In this document: piece after piece, positions 29,458-38,665 of the stretch | Numbering within the stretch: the first letter of the stretch is position 1 | Layout: every line of letters starts with the position of its first letter | Origin: Spirochaetales bacterium | GTDB lineage: Bacteria; Spirochaetota; Spirochaetia; JABEVK01 | Direction: 5' to 3' | Length of the DNA stretch: 64,000 bases | Assembly: GCA_013044245.1 (NCBI GenBank) | Contig: JABEVK010000104.1 | Span: forward strand, 100-64,099 | Notes under the pieces: model-generated | What the model saw: the letters and a program-made list of their open reading frames with translations, nothing else | Told to the model about the DNA's origin: nothing | The model's database searches: none | Position numbers and translations under genes: made by a program

Positions 29458-29674
29458 GATTCCTCCTCGCCTGTTCCTCGGGTTTCACCCCAGAGGAGCA
29501 TACTTGTAAGCTAAACAGGAATTTTGCTTCTGTCAATAGTCAACTTTGTCAATCAACTTGATTTACTAATAAATCTTTTTTCCCTGGGCCTTCCTTCGGG
29601 AGCTCTTGGTCGTGCTTTGGGGGCCGCCATGGCGTCTTTACAGGTCAGGGTGTTACCGGTAAACTGCCCCACAT

Positions 29675-30436
29675 ATGCAAACACTGATCGTGGGTTATGG
29701 CCGAATGGGCCACGAAGTCGAAGGATACCTCAAAGCGCGCGGCCATCAAATCGTGGCACGTGTTGATACCTCCGGAGCCGGGGATACCAGCGAAGTAACC
29801 TCCGAATTGTTGCGCTCCGCTGAAATGGTCATTGAGTTTTCGCTTCCTGAGGCTGTACTCGGTCACGCCCGACAGTATGCGGCAGTGGGTATTCCCGTGG
29901 TCTTAGGAACGACAGGGTGGGACGCCCAACGAACTGAAGTTCAGCACATCGTCGAAGGCTACCAAAGCACACTCCTCTGGGGAACCAATTTTGCCCTGGG
30001 TACCCACCTGTTTTTTGCCCTGGCCGAAAAAGCCGCCGCGCTCATTTCTGGCCTTCCTGAATACGATATCATGCTTACCGAATGGCACCACAAGCTAAAA
30101 AAAGATTCCCCTTCAGGGACCGCGTTAACCACGGCCGAACGAATTCTCAAAGTGCTACCCCGAAAAAAAGAAATCAATACGGGTCGTATCGACCGAGCTA
30201 TTCGCGACGAGGAGCTCCATGTTGCCTCGGTTCGCGGCGGCACAATCCCGGGAACACACAGTGTTTTACTTGACTCGGCTGCCGATTCTCTCGAAATTCG
30301 ACATACTGCCCGTAACCGCTCTGGTTTAGCACTTGGAGCCGTCATGGCGGCCGAATGGTTGCTCGAGTCTGGTCGAAAAGGCTTTCTCTCGGTCGATGAT
30401 TTTGTTAAAAGCTATTTTGCCGAGGCACTCGGCTAA
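29675..30436 (+). CDS. dapB: 4-hydroxy-tetrahydrodipicolinate reductase
   Basis: MQTLIVGYGRMG Rossmann N-terminus. EWHHKLKKDSPSGTA catalytic region. Confidence 0.9.
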   Translation: MQTLIVGYGRMGHEVEGYLKARGHQIVARVDTSGAGDTSEVTSELLRSAEMVIEFSLPEAVLGHARQYAAVGIPVVLGTTGWDAQRTEVQHIVEGYQSTLLWGTNFALGTHLFFALAEKAAALISGLPEYDIMLTEWHHKLKKDSPSGTALTTAERILKVLPRKKEINTGRIDRAIRDEELHVASVRGGTIPGTHSVLLDSAADSLEIRHTARNRSGLALGAVMAAEWLLESGRKGFLSVDDFVKSYFAEALG

Positions 30437-30445
30437 GGAGTCCGC

Positions 30446-31327
30446 ATGTCTTACCAAGGCGTTTATACCGCACTTGTCACCCCCTTCACTACCGCGGGTA
30501 AGGTTGATGAGCCGGCACTCCAAGCTCTCGTCGAAGAACAAATCCGCTTGGGGATTTCGGGTCTTGTCCCGATGGGAACCACCGGTGAAAGCCCCACACT
30601 TTCCCCCGAAGAACACTCCCGTGTCATTGAGCGTGTTGTGGCCTGGACCAAAGGACGTGTTCCTGTCATCGCCGGCACTGGTTCGAATTCTACCGAAGAA
30701 GCCATTGAACTCACCAAACGAGCGCAAGATGTGGGCGCAAACGCTAGTCTTCAGGTTGTTCCTTATTACAACAAACCGAATCAGGAAGGACTTTTCCGTC
30801 ACTTTGAAACCATTGCCGATAAGACGCAGTTGCCCATCCTCATCTACAATATCGCTGGTAGAACCTCTCGTAATCTTGAAACGGATACCCTGATCAAGCT
30901 GGCCCAACACCCCCGTATTGTCGGGGTCAAAGAAGCCTCGGGAGACGTCGGCCAAATGATGGAGGTTCTCGCGCGCCGCCCAGCCGGGTTTTCGGTACTT
31001 TCTGGTGATGACAACCTCGCCTACCCGTTGATGGCTTTAGGCGGTAACGGGGTTATTTCGGTGGCAAGCCATGTCGTTGGGCGCGAACTATTGGCCATGA
31101 TCAACGCCTGCGTTCAAGGTCAGTGGGATACCGCACGCCAGCTTCACTTTCGTCTTTTACCAGTTTTTAAAGCGATGTTTATTGATACAAACCCCATCCC
31201 CGTGAAAACGGCTCTCGCCCTGCAGGGAAAAGTCCAAGAGGTATTCCGACTCCCGATGACGCCCCTTGACGATAGTAAAAAAGAAGTCGTTCGCCAGGCT
31301 CTTAAACTCATTTCTTCGGTAGGCTGA
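30446..31327 (+). CDS. dapA: 4-hydroxy-tetrahydrodipicolinate synthase
   Basis: GTTGES motif. 293 aa. Immediately downstream of dapB. Confidence 0.9.
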   Translation: MSYQGVYTALVTPFTTAGKVDEPALQALVEEQIRLGISGLVPMGTTGESPTLSPEEHSRVIERVVAWTKGRVPVIAGTGSNSTEEAIELTKRAQDVGANASLQVVPYYNKPNQEGLFRHFETIADKTQLPILIYNIAGRTSRNLETDTLIKLAQHPRIVGVKEASGDVGQMMEVLARRPAGFSVLSGDDNLAYPLMALGGNGVISVASHVVGRELLAMINACVQGQWDTARQLHFRLLPVFKAMFIDTNPIPVKTALALQGKVQEVFRLPMTPLDDSKKEVVRQALKLISSVG

Positions 31328-31331
31328 AGCC

Positions 31332-33632
31332 TCAGCGAGGCTCAGGTAAGCGTTGAAACACAGCAACAAACTGCTCAACTCCCAAAGTTTCGGCTCGGGC
31401 AGAAAGGTCGATTCCTTGGGCAAGAAAGGCCTCGGTCACTTGCTGGTCATTTAAGTGCAGGGTGCTCGCTACCCGGCCAAGATTATTGCGAAGAGTCTTG
31501 CGCCGACTAGAATAACATTCCCGAACGAAGCGCGAAAACAGCAAACCCGACAAGTGGGGCCACTTATGGTGCGCTTTTAACTGCACCACAGTGCTAGTGA
31601 CTTCGGGTGCAGGATGAAATGACCCAGGGCGCAAGGTTACTACCGATTTCGCCGAAAAGGCTGACTGAATCATAACCGAAAAGCTGGAATAGTTCTTTGT
31701 ACCAGGCTTTGCCGTCATGCGATCGGCCATTTCTTTTTGAACGGTAACCACAAAGACCTCGGGAACAAAGCCCCCTTCGAGAAAATCTCCCAGGATCGCA
31801 CTAGCCGCGTTATAAGGAAGGTTCCCCACGACTCGGTGAACCTTTCGGGAGAAGTCAGGCCACTCCGATGACCCAGGCTCGAGGGGAATCCCATCACGAA
31901 CTCGGCGCCACGTTTTAATTGCATCTCCCCACACCAAGCATAATCCGGCAGGAGAGTTGCCCAACTCTTCGCTTAGAACTTCGATATAGCCAGGGTCAAT
32001 CTCAAAGGCAGTAACGGGGTGACCATCTGCCAGCAATTGATGAGTCAATGCCCCTAAACCCGGGCCAATTTCCCAAACTGGCTCACCCGGTGCTAGCTCC
32101 ACGGCGTTAAGGATCTGTTTTCGGGCTCCTGGATTGATGAGAAAATTCTGTCCCCAGCGGCGCAGGGCATTTAACCCGCGGCCCTCAAGGTAGGCTTGTA
32201 GCTCAGCGGCAGAATCATAATTAAGTGGCACCAGAGTAGTCCTCCGGCGTCCTTTATAGAGGATAACCGCTAGAAATCCTACTCCCCCCGCAAGCGGCAA
32301 GGCATAAGCCCAAAAGATCGGCAGCAGAGGAAAACTTCCCGCCCGCGCCACCATAAAGGTGGTATCAAAAACTACGGTTAAAAGCTCGCCGACAAGTGCT
32401 TCGCCTGGGAGACCCACCAGCGAGACGACCAAAAAAGCTAACGAAACAAGCATGTACAACCCGGTCAGAGCAACAAGAGGGGGTGTCCAAAGCACACCAG
32501 CCCAACACAGCCCCCCCGACAATGGGCCAGCTAAGGGTGCCGTGGTCAAAACCGCCGAACCCGAGACCGCCACGGTCCCGGCTCCCCAGCGTCCCAAATA
32601 CGGACGGAGTTCCCGTTCCCAGGATGGTGAAACCAGCAAAAGCCCTGCTAAAGCCGCGCCTGACAGCTGGAGCGAGAGGGAGCTCACCATGTCGGGCCAC
32701 AACAACACAGTCAACAAATACGATAACGACATCACTTCGATGGCCGGCGCTTTTCGCCAGGTCAAAAGGCTCCAACTTCCTACCGCCGCCATCATCCATG
32801 CCCGGTACAGGGATGGCAAAGGGCCTGCCAACCAACAAAAGAGGGCCAAAACAACCTGCACCAGTCCTACCATAACCAGGCGCGGGCACTTACCTCGCAA
32901 AAAGCGACTTACCACCAGAGCTAACAAACTCAGGTGCATTCCTGACAGGGCCAGGACATGACTGGTACCCGATTGGCGAAAGGCCTGCTTCTCACCGGGG
33001 CTCAACTCGTCGGTTGCGCCTAAAAGCAGAGCTTTGGCCAAAGCCGCCTGCCGTTCACCAGATCGGTTTAAGGAACCAAAAATCTGCTCTCGCACTTGCG
33101 CCCGGACCTCACAGCCTGGTAGGGCCCAGCCCTGAAAGCTCCCTGACTGCCACCGCCAGAGCCACCCATCGTTTCCTTGGCGTAATGAACCTTGTGAAAC
33201 AACCTTTTGACCCCAGGACGGCGAAGCTTTCCGCCAGTTATGCACCGTCAGCGAAAAATCTGACCCTACGATTAAGGTTCGCTGTCCGTCCGTGTAGCGA
33301 CACTGTTGAACGCGGAGTAGAAACGGGGCTTCACCCGCCGCGTTGAGCGAAGCCTCCCGCTCAACAAACCCACTAACCTCGCTCAGCGGCATCGATACCT
33401 CTGGCGGACGACGGGTATCTTCCCAGCCCTCCCGGAACCAGCCCAAGGCCAACAGAACAACAGCCGTCAGCCAAAGATCTTTTCGCCCACGCGCCAGGGA
33501 CACCCATAACCCGCCCACACCAAAAACGATCACGGCACCAAGGCCGCTTACCCCTGCCCAAAGCCACGGAAGCACCACGAGCAAAAGCAAGCTTGCCGGA
33601 TATTCGCCGGCGGCACGGTTGAAAGCCTTCAT
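31332..33632 (-). CDS. ksgA: ComEC/Rec2-like membrane domain (no MBL domain) fused in frame to 16S rRNA adenine dimethyltransferase RsmA/KsgA
   Basis: N-terminal ~470 aa carry the ComEC competence-domain signature (ALLLGATDELSPGEKQAFRQSGTSHVLALSGMHLSL) and many TM helices. C-terminal ~290 aa are KsgA (RRWGQNFL ... EIGPGLGALT ... GNLPYN). An internal GGAGGA-8nt-GTG at 32231 could start KsgA independently. Confidence 0.75.
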   Translation of the reverse strand: MKAFNRAAGEYPASLLLLVVLPWLWAGVSGLGAVIVFGVGGLWVSLARGRKDLWLTAVVLLALGWFREGWEDTRRPPEVSMPLSEVSGFVEREASLNAAGEAPFLLRVQQCRYTDGQRTLIVGSDFSLTVHNWRKASPSWGQKVVSQGSLRQGNDGWLWRWQSGSFQGWALPGCEVRAQVREQIFGSLNRSGERQAALAKALLLGATDELSPGEKQAFRQSGTSHVLALSGMHLSLLALVVSRFLRGKCPRLVMVGLVQVVLALFCWLAGPLPSLYRAWMMAAVGSWSLLTWRKAPAIEVMSLSYLLTVLLWPDMVSSLSLQLSGAALAGLLLVSPSWERELRPYLGRWGAGTVAVSGSAVLTTAPLAGPLSGGLCWAGVLWTPPLVALTGLYMLVSLAFLVVSLVGLPGEALVGELLTVVFDTTFMVARAGSFPLLPIFWAYALPLAGGVGFLAVILYKGRRRTTLVPLNYDSAAELQAYLEGRGLNALRRWGQNFLINPGARKQILNAVELAPGEPVWEIGPGLGALTHQLLADGHPVTAFEIDPGYIEVLSEELGNSPAGLCLVWGDAIKTWRRVRDGIPLEPGSSEWPDFSRKVHRVVGNLPYNAASAILGDFLEGGFVPEVFVVTVQKEMADRMTAKPGTKNYSSFSVMIQSAFSAKSVVTLRPGSFHPAPEVTSTVVQLKAHHKWPHLSGLLFSRFVRECYSSRRKTLRNNLGRVASTLHLNDQQVTEAFLAQGIDLSARAETLGVEQFVAVFQRLPEPR

Positions 33633-33750
33633 TTTAAGCCTCCGGGTTGGTCTGCAGGTTTCCTCGTCTGCTGTCTAAGACCCGGGCTGAGCCCCTACCG
33701 CTTCAAAAAAACTTACCTAACCTCTTGACGAAGCCTTCCTGTTTTGGGAA

Positions 33751-33774
33751 TATTTAGCTTAGCTAAGCTAAATA
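33751..33774. promoter_or_regulatory. perfect 24-bp palindrome TATTTAGCTTAGCTAAGCTAAATA; putative MarR operator
   Basis: Lies 13 bp upstream of the marR ATG. A TTGACG -35-like hexamer sits at 33726. Confidence 0.55.
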
Positions 33775-33786
33775 AGGAAATGCGAG

Positions 33787-34233
33787 ATGAACAATGCCCT
33801 TCAAAGAGCGGCGCAAGCTCTCTTCGAAACCATTCCCAAAGTTAACCGCGCCTTACGGGCGGTGATTTATGCTTCAACGAAAACCTCATTTAGCATGCCG
33901 CAATACCGCGTTCTGTCATACCTGAAAGACTATGGCCAAAGCAGTATGGCGGTTTTAGCAGAACAAGAAGGGGTCAAAGCGCCGACGATGAGCCGGTTTG
34001 TCGATGCCTTAGAGTCGCAAGGCTTGGTCCGCCGTGAGAACTCGGTCCAGGATAAGCGTTCCATTTTGGTCTCGTTGACCGAAGCGGGCGTGAAGAAGGT
34101 CCGTCAAGTCCGTCAGAACGGCGTAGAAGTGGTAAAAACCACCCTAAGCTCCTGGACACAGCAAGAGCTGGACTTGCTGACAACGGCCATGGAACTTCTT
34201 CGCATTCACCAGCTTGATGGGAGGATCTCATGA
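33787..34233 (+). CDS. MarR-family transcriptional regulator
   Basis: wHTH core (MAVLAEQEGVKAPTMSRFVDALESQGLVRRENSVQDKRSILVSLTEAG). Confidence 0.85.
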   Translation: MNNALQRAAQALFETIPKVNRALRAVIYASTKTSFSMPQYRVLSYLKDYGQSSMAVLAEQEGVKAPTMSRFVDALESQGLVRRENSVQDKRSILVSLTEAGVKKVRQVRQNGVEVVKTTLSSWTQQELDLLTTAMELLRIHQLDGRIS

Positions 34234-35690
34234 ATTCAACGAAAACTGTTTCGCCCTGGGCTGTGGTTTCAGTAACAACCCTTGGCGCCTTTCTGGCCAA
34301 TATTCAGTCGTCAGCACTCGTTTTGGCCTTGCCAGATGTTCTCTTGGGTCTGCATGCAACCTTTGAAACAATCCTGTGGGTGCTTTTAGGCTACCTGCTG
34401 ATTACCACCACCCTAGTTCCCCTCATTGGTCGACTTTCGGACCGCTGGGGCCGCAAGAACCTCTACACCCTTGGTTTTGTCGTATTCACCGTGGCGTCTT
34501 TAGGAGCTGGCTTTTCGTCCCCCCAATGGCATGGCTGGGATCTTTTGGCTTGGCGGCTTGTCCAGGGTTTAGGGGGAGCGCTTTTAATCGCCAACAGTAC
34601 CGCTTTGGTTACCGATGCGTTTGGCAAAGGAAACACCGGAGCCCCCCTGGGTGTGAATCAAATGGCGTCTGCCTCAGGCTTTATTTTGGGGCCCTTAGTC
34701 GGAGGACTTTTAACGGGCATTTCGTGGCAGTGGGTGTTCTGGATCAACGTTCCTTTAGGGATTGCAGGAACATTGTGGGCAATGCGTACCCTGCCTCAAG
34801 ATCGAGGTGCTAAAGAAACCGCACCGTTCGACATTCGGGGAACACTGTTGTTTATGACCGGATTAACGTTGTTTTTGACAGCGGTGTCGTTTTTAGCGGT
34901 TCCTGGCTCAGACTTGCGATTGACGGGACTTTTTGGCCTTGTTGGTTTGGTCCTTTTAGCCTTGTTCTTTCGCTTGGAACGCCGCTCCGCCCACCCCTTT
35001 CTACACCTCGAACTGTTCACTAACCCTCGCCTTTCGTTACCCAACCTCTCGGCAGGGCTTAACGCTTTGGCCCGAGGAGCCGTGCTCTTTCTGTTAACGT
35101 TCTATCTTCAAGGACCTCTGGGGATGAACCCTTTTATGGCGGGATTAGCGACGGCACCTTTTGGTATCGCCATGCTCATCACCTCGCCGTGGGCCGGACA
35201 GCGCGCAGACAAAGGACAAGCGGCTCTTTTAAGTACAGGGGGTCTTTTGGTGGCCGCCCTGGGACTTTTGGGTATGGCCTTTGTCGGCCTACATACCCCC
35301 TATTGGCTTTTAGCCCTAGAAATGATTTTGATTGGGGCAGGCAGTGGCTTATTCAACAGCCCTAATATCAGTTTGATTATGGGCCGAGTCGACGCACACC
35401 ATCGCGGCACAGTGAGCGGCACCAGAATCTTGGTTACCAATGGCGGCCAAATGCTGGCCCTAGCGATTGTTTTTCCTTTTGTCTTGTCGCGGCTCCCCGT
35501 CGACCTAATGGCGAAAATCTTTTTGTACGGGGGCGGGTTAACATCGGTGCCCGCTGTGGCTGCTGACCTTGTCCAAGGAATTCGAGTGGCCTTCTTCTTT
35601 AGCTTTGTCCTAGCGCTGGCCGCCGCCGTTGTGAGTATTCTCACCTACCGCAAACATAGCGCAGAACCTGAGGAAGTGACGCTTAACTAA
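34230..35690 (+). CDS. MFS drug-efflux transporter, DHA2 (EmrB/QacA) family, 14 TMS
   Basis: 486 aa. MFS motif A (GRLSDRWGRK). ATGA overlap with marR. Confidence 0.85.
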   Translation: MNSTKTVSPWAVVSVTTLGAFLANIQSSALVLALPDVLLGLHATFETILWVLLGYLLITTTLVPLIGRLSDRWGRKNLYTLGFVVFTVASLGAGFSSPQWHGWDLLAWRLVQGLGGALLIANSTALVTDAFGKGNTGAPLGVNQMASASGFILGPLVGGLLTGISWQWVFWINVPLGIAGTLWAMRTLPQDRGAKETAPFDIRGTLLFMTGLTLFLTAVSFLAVPGSDLRLTGLFGLVGLVLLALFFRLERRSAHPFLHLELFTNPRLSLPNLSAGLNALARGAVLFLLTFYLQGPLGMNPFMAGLATAPFGIAMLITSPWAGQRADKGQAALLSTGGLLVAALGLLGMAFVGLHTPYWLLALEMILIGAGSGLFNSPNISLIMGRVDAHHRGTVSGTRILVTNGGQMLALAIVFPFVLSRLPVDLMAKIFLYGGGLTSVPAVAADLVQGIRVAFFFSFVLALAAAVVSILTYRKHSAEPEEVTLN

Positions 35691-35696
35691 GGACGC

Positions 35697-36755
35697 TTAA
35701 CTTGGGGGTGACTGGCGAATCGTTGACCCCCGGCGGGGAACTTCTTTACGGTCATCAAAGATGTTGTAAACGTAAGTAAGAATGGCATTGCTAACCCGAG
35801 CCGAAGGAGGAACCGCTTGAATATGCAAAATCGAGCGGTTCTTTTTTTCATCGAAGGTAATACCCTTGATCATCCCGCACATCACCAGCGGTTCATCCGT
35901 CAAGGTCACTTGAACCTTAATAGGCATTCCCACTTTAGCTTTACCGCCTACCAGCAATGCACAGCCGTCTTCGCTAATATCAACCAACCGAGCTCGATAC
36001 CCTGGAGATTTTTCTACAGTTTCGTTAGCACTTTGGATCGAGGAAAGGTTGTACAGTGAGCACCCTAGGTTAGTTTCTACCCGAATCGAACGACGTTTTT
36101 GACTGCGGATCAAAGAATCCGAATGCGCGATGTAAAGAATAGGAAACTTACGGTCAAGAAAATCCTCAAGGACTTTAGATTCAAAAAAATACCCAGCATC
36201 TTCCATTCGCCAAAAATATACGGTGATTTTTTGGTTCTTCCAGCTAAAGCCGGGCGGCATGGTCTTTCCCACCGGGTAAGAAATTGCCATGTATTTGCGC
36301 AAGTTCTCAACCACCGACGCCATAAAACTCCCACCACCAGGCAGACTAAGGCGAATTTTTTGTGATGCCATGAGCTCTCGGGTAGATTGAATCCCTAGCC
36401 GATACTTGGGCAGATTAAACTCGACTCTCTTGCGAAAATCGTACAACTGCCCCAAAAACCGATTAGAAGGGGGGTCTTCGGTTTGAAGGTTGGCTCGCAT
36501 CTTGGTTACAACGCCCCGGATCGTACGGTCAAACTGTTTTACCGAACTAAAAATGGAAACCGGATTTTCGAGGTTGGCTTCGACGGTGGCCTTCCGCAAG
36601 GTGTTAATTTCGCGAAACACAAAACCAGACTCCGTCCCCCGAGCATAGAACTGTACCCATGGAAAGTTTACGCCGCCATGCGATTGCAAGAAGAGTACAA
36701 ACCCCACAATGAGAAGAACAAGGAGAATTACTGGGGCCAACCACAACCACATCAC
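35697..36755 (-). CDS. membrane-anchored YcgR-like PilZ-domain protein (second paralog)
   Basis: N-terminal TM helix, PilZN-like region, and PilZ motifs QKRRSIRVE ... DISEDGCAL. Confidence 0.65.
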   Translation of the reverse strand: MMWLWLAPVILLVLLIVGFVLFLQSHGGVNFPWVQFYARGTESGFVFREINTLRKATVEANLENPVSIFSSVKQFDRTIRGVVTKMRANLQTEDPPSNRFLGQLYDFRKRVEFNLPKYRLGIQSTRELMASQKIRLSLPGGGSFMASVVENLRKYMAISYPVGKTMPPGFSWKNQKITVYFWRMEDAGYFFESKVLEDFLDRKFPILYIAHSDSLIRSQKRRSIRVETNLGCSLYNLSSIQSANETVEKSPGYRARLVDISEDGCALLVGGKAKVGMPIKVQVTLTDEPLVMCGMIKGITFDEKKNRSILHIQAVPPSARVSNAILTYVYNIFDDRKEVPRRGSTIRQSPPS

Positions 36756-36809
36756 CGTGCTCTACCTTCCCTATTCGCTGGTGTGAACGAACTGCTCAGC
36801 CAACGTGTC

Positions 36810-37787
36810 TTAGTTCTTTTTATTCAAGCCGAACAAACGCTGAAAAAAGTTCTGCTTACTGCCCTCTTCTTCGACAAACCGACCCATGGCCAAAAACTTA
36901 GTCATACGTTCCCGGGCCAGTTGTTCGCCGGTTTTTTGTTCCAACCGTTTTAGAGATTCTAAGATCTGTTGCTTAATATTGGCAGCCGTATACGCATGGT
37001 CGGTATGAGCACCGCCCGGCGGTTCAGGGATGATGCCATCGATGACACCAAAACTTAACAGATCCTGCGGCTGCATTTTAAGCTGTGCCGCCGCTTCGGG
37101 GGCTTTTGAGGGGTCACGCATCAAAATTGAAGCGCATCCTTCCGGAGAAATCACCGAGTAATAAGAATTTTCAAGCATAAAGACTTCGTTTCCTACCGCA
37201 ATGCCGATAGCACCACCGGAACCACCCTCGCCTAAAATAAAACAAATCACCGGGATCTTAAGCAAAGCAAATTCTTTCAGATTTCGAGCAATCGCTTCTC
37301 CGATTCCCCGTTCCTCGGCAGCAAGACCGGGGTAAGCACCGGCGGTGTCAATAAACGTCACGAGCGGCCGTCCAAACTTTTCGGCTTCGTGGGCCAGGCG
37401 AAGGGCCTTACGATACCCTTCAGGGTGCGCCCAACCGTAGTTACGACGGATATTTTCTTTCATGTTACGGCCTTTTTGATGGCCAATAAACGTTATAGGT
37501 CGTCCATCCATCAACCCGACCCCTCCGACAAGGGCGGGGTCATCGCCAAAGACTCGGTCGCCATGAAGTTCCAAAAACTGTTCGGTAATATGCGAAATCA
37601 CCTCTAAGGTAGTGGGCCTATCAGAGTTACGGGCCAAAAGAACTCGTTTCCAAAGATCCTGAGGCGTCACACGACCTTCGCTGAGTTTTTCTTGAAGCCT
37701 TTTTAAGTCCGACTGAATATCAACACTGGACTTTTCGGCCAGGGATTGCAGTTCTTGGATCTTTTTTTGAATTTCAGTCTGATCCAT
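36810..37787 (-). CDS. accA: acetyl-CoA carboxylase carboxyltransferase alpha subunit
   Basis: Characteristic AccA core (RPITFIGHQKGRN ... GGSGGA). Confidence 0.9.
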   Translation of the reverse strand: MDQTEIQKKIQELQSLAEKSSVDIQSDLKRLQEKLSEGRVTPQDLWKRVLLARNSDRPTTLEVISHITEQFLELHGDRVFGDDPALVGGVGLMDGRPITFIGHQKGRNMKENIRRNYGWAHPEGYRKALRLAHEAEKFGRPLVTFIDTAGAYPGLAAEERGIGEAIARNLKEFALLKIPVICFILGEGGSGGAIGIAVGNEVFMLENSYYSVISPEGCASILMRDPSKAPEAAAQLKMQPQDLLSFGVIDGIIPEPPGGAHTDHAYTAANIKQQILESLKRLEQKTGEQLARERMTKFLAMGRFVEEEGSKQNFFQRLFGLNKKN

Positions 37788-38665
37788 TATCTCACCTTTA
37801 ATCGGGCCATGTGGGTATCAATAAGAAAGCCCAAGGTCTTTTTTAATTCAGCACGGGACACAATGGCGTCAATAAAGCCCTTTTGTAACAAGAACTCTGA
37901 TTTTTGAAACCCTTCGGGGAGCTTTTGACGGATGGTTGACTCAATAACACGAGGTCCCGCAAAACCAATACTAGCCCCAGGCTCGGCTATAATCACATCT
38001 CCCAGCATGGCGAAACTGGCCGTAACACCACCGTAGGTAGGGTCGGTCAAGACCACAAAGAGTGGAATCTGTGACAATTCCATTTGCGCAATGGCAGCAC
38101 TTGTCTTTGCCATTTGCATGAGCGAGAAAATACCTTCTTGCATGCGCATTCCGCCAGAAGTTGTGAACAAAATTACGGGCAGACGTTTTTCGATTCCGGT
38201 TAGTAAAGCCCGAGTGAGCTTTTCACCCGCGACAGAACCCATAGAACCGCCCATGAACTTAAATGTCATGATTGAGAAAATCGCTTTTCGCCCGTCAATT
38301 TGGACAAAACCATTCAAAATAGCGTCAGCAAGACCAGTGGCGGCTTTTGCCTCGTTAAGCTTAGCCTCGTAACCCGGAAAACCAATCGGGTTGGTCGTTT
38401 GAACTTCCGACGAAAACTCCTGAAACGTTCCTGGGTCTGATAAGAATTTGATTCGCTCAACGGGCGTAATGCGAAAGTGGTGACTACATTGAGGACACAC
38501 AAACAAATTCCGTTCCAATTCGCCTTCATCCAGGTGCGTATGGCAGGCCGGGCAGGAGTGTTTTTGCGCAACAAAGGTGCGTTCGTCTTTCAGCGGAACC
38601 ACCTGAGTCGGAGCGGGCTTTTTGCCCGAGAACATCCGACCCAGCAGGTTTGAGAATAAGGCCAT
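37787..38665 (-). CDS. accD: acetyl-CoA carboxylase carboxyltransferase beta subunit
   Basis: N-terminal Zn ribbon CPACHTHL...CPQC. Carboxyltransferase core. Confidence 0.9.
   Translation of the reverse strand: MALFSNLLGRMFSGKKPAPTQVVPLKDERTFVAQKHSCPACHTHLDEGELERNLFVCPQCSHHFRITPVERIKFLSDPGTFQEFSSEVQTTNPIGFPGYEAKLNEAKAATGLADAILNGFVQIDGRKAIFSIMTFKFMGGSMGSVAGEKLTRALLTGIEKRLPVILFTTSGGMRMQEGIFSLMQMAKTSAAIAQMELSQIPLFVVLTDPTYGGVTASFAMLGDVIIAEPGASIGFAGPRVIESTIRQKLPEGFQKSEFLLQKGFIDAIVSRAELKKTLGFLIDTHMARLKVR

Noticed and set aside
29458-29674. Possible lysine riboswitch upstream of dapB-dapA
   Set aside because: The 217-bp region has GTCAA direct repeats and a long-range CCCTGG/CAGGG pairing. I could not find the conserved LYS-element motifs (AGAGGNGC, GCCGAAG, etc.) on either strand. 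It is more likely an ordinary divergent promoter region shared with cysK, possibly with CysB/LysR-type repeats.
32359-32961. Several 150-200-aa ORFs antisense to the ComEC-KsgA gene (32359-32961, 32365-32889, 32396-32875, 33014-33678)
   Set aside because: They are low-complexity, Pro/Arg/Ala-rich reading frames typical of the antisense strand of GC-rich membrane-protein genes. They show no RBS and no domain signal.
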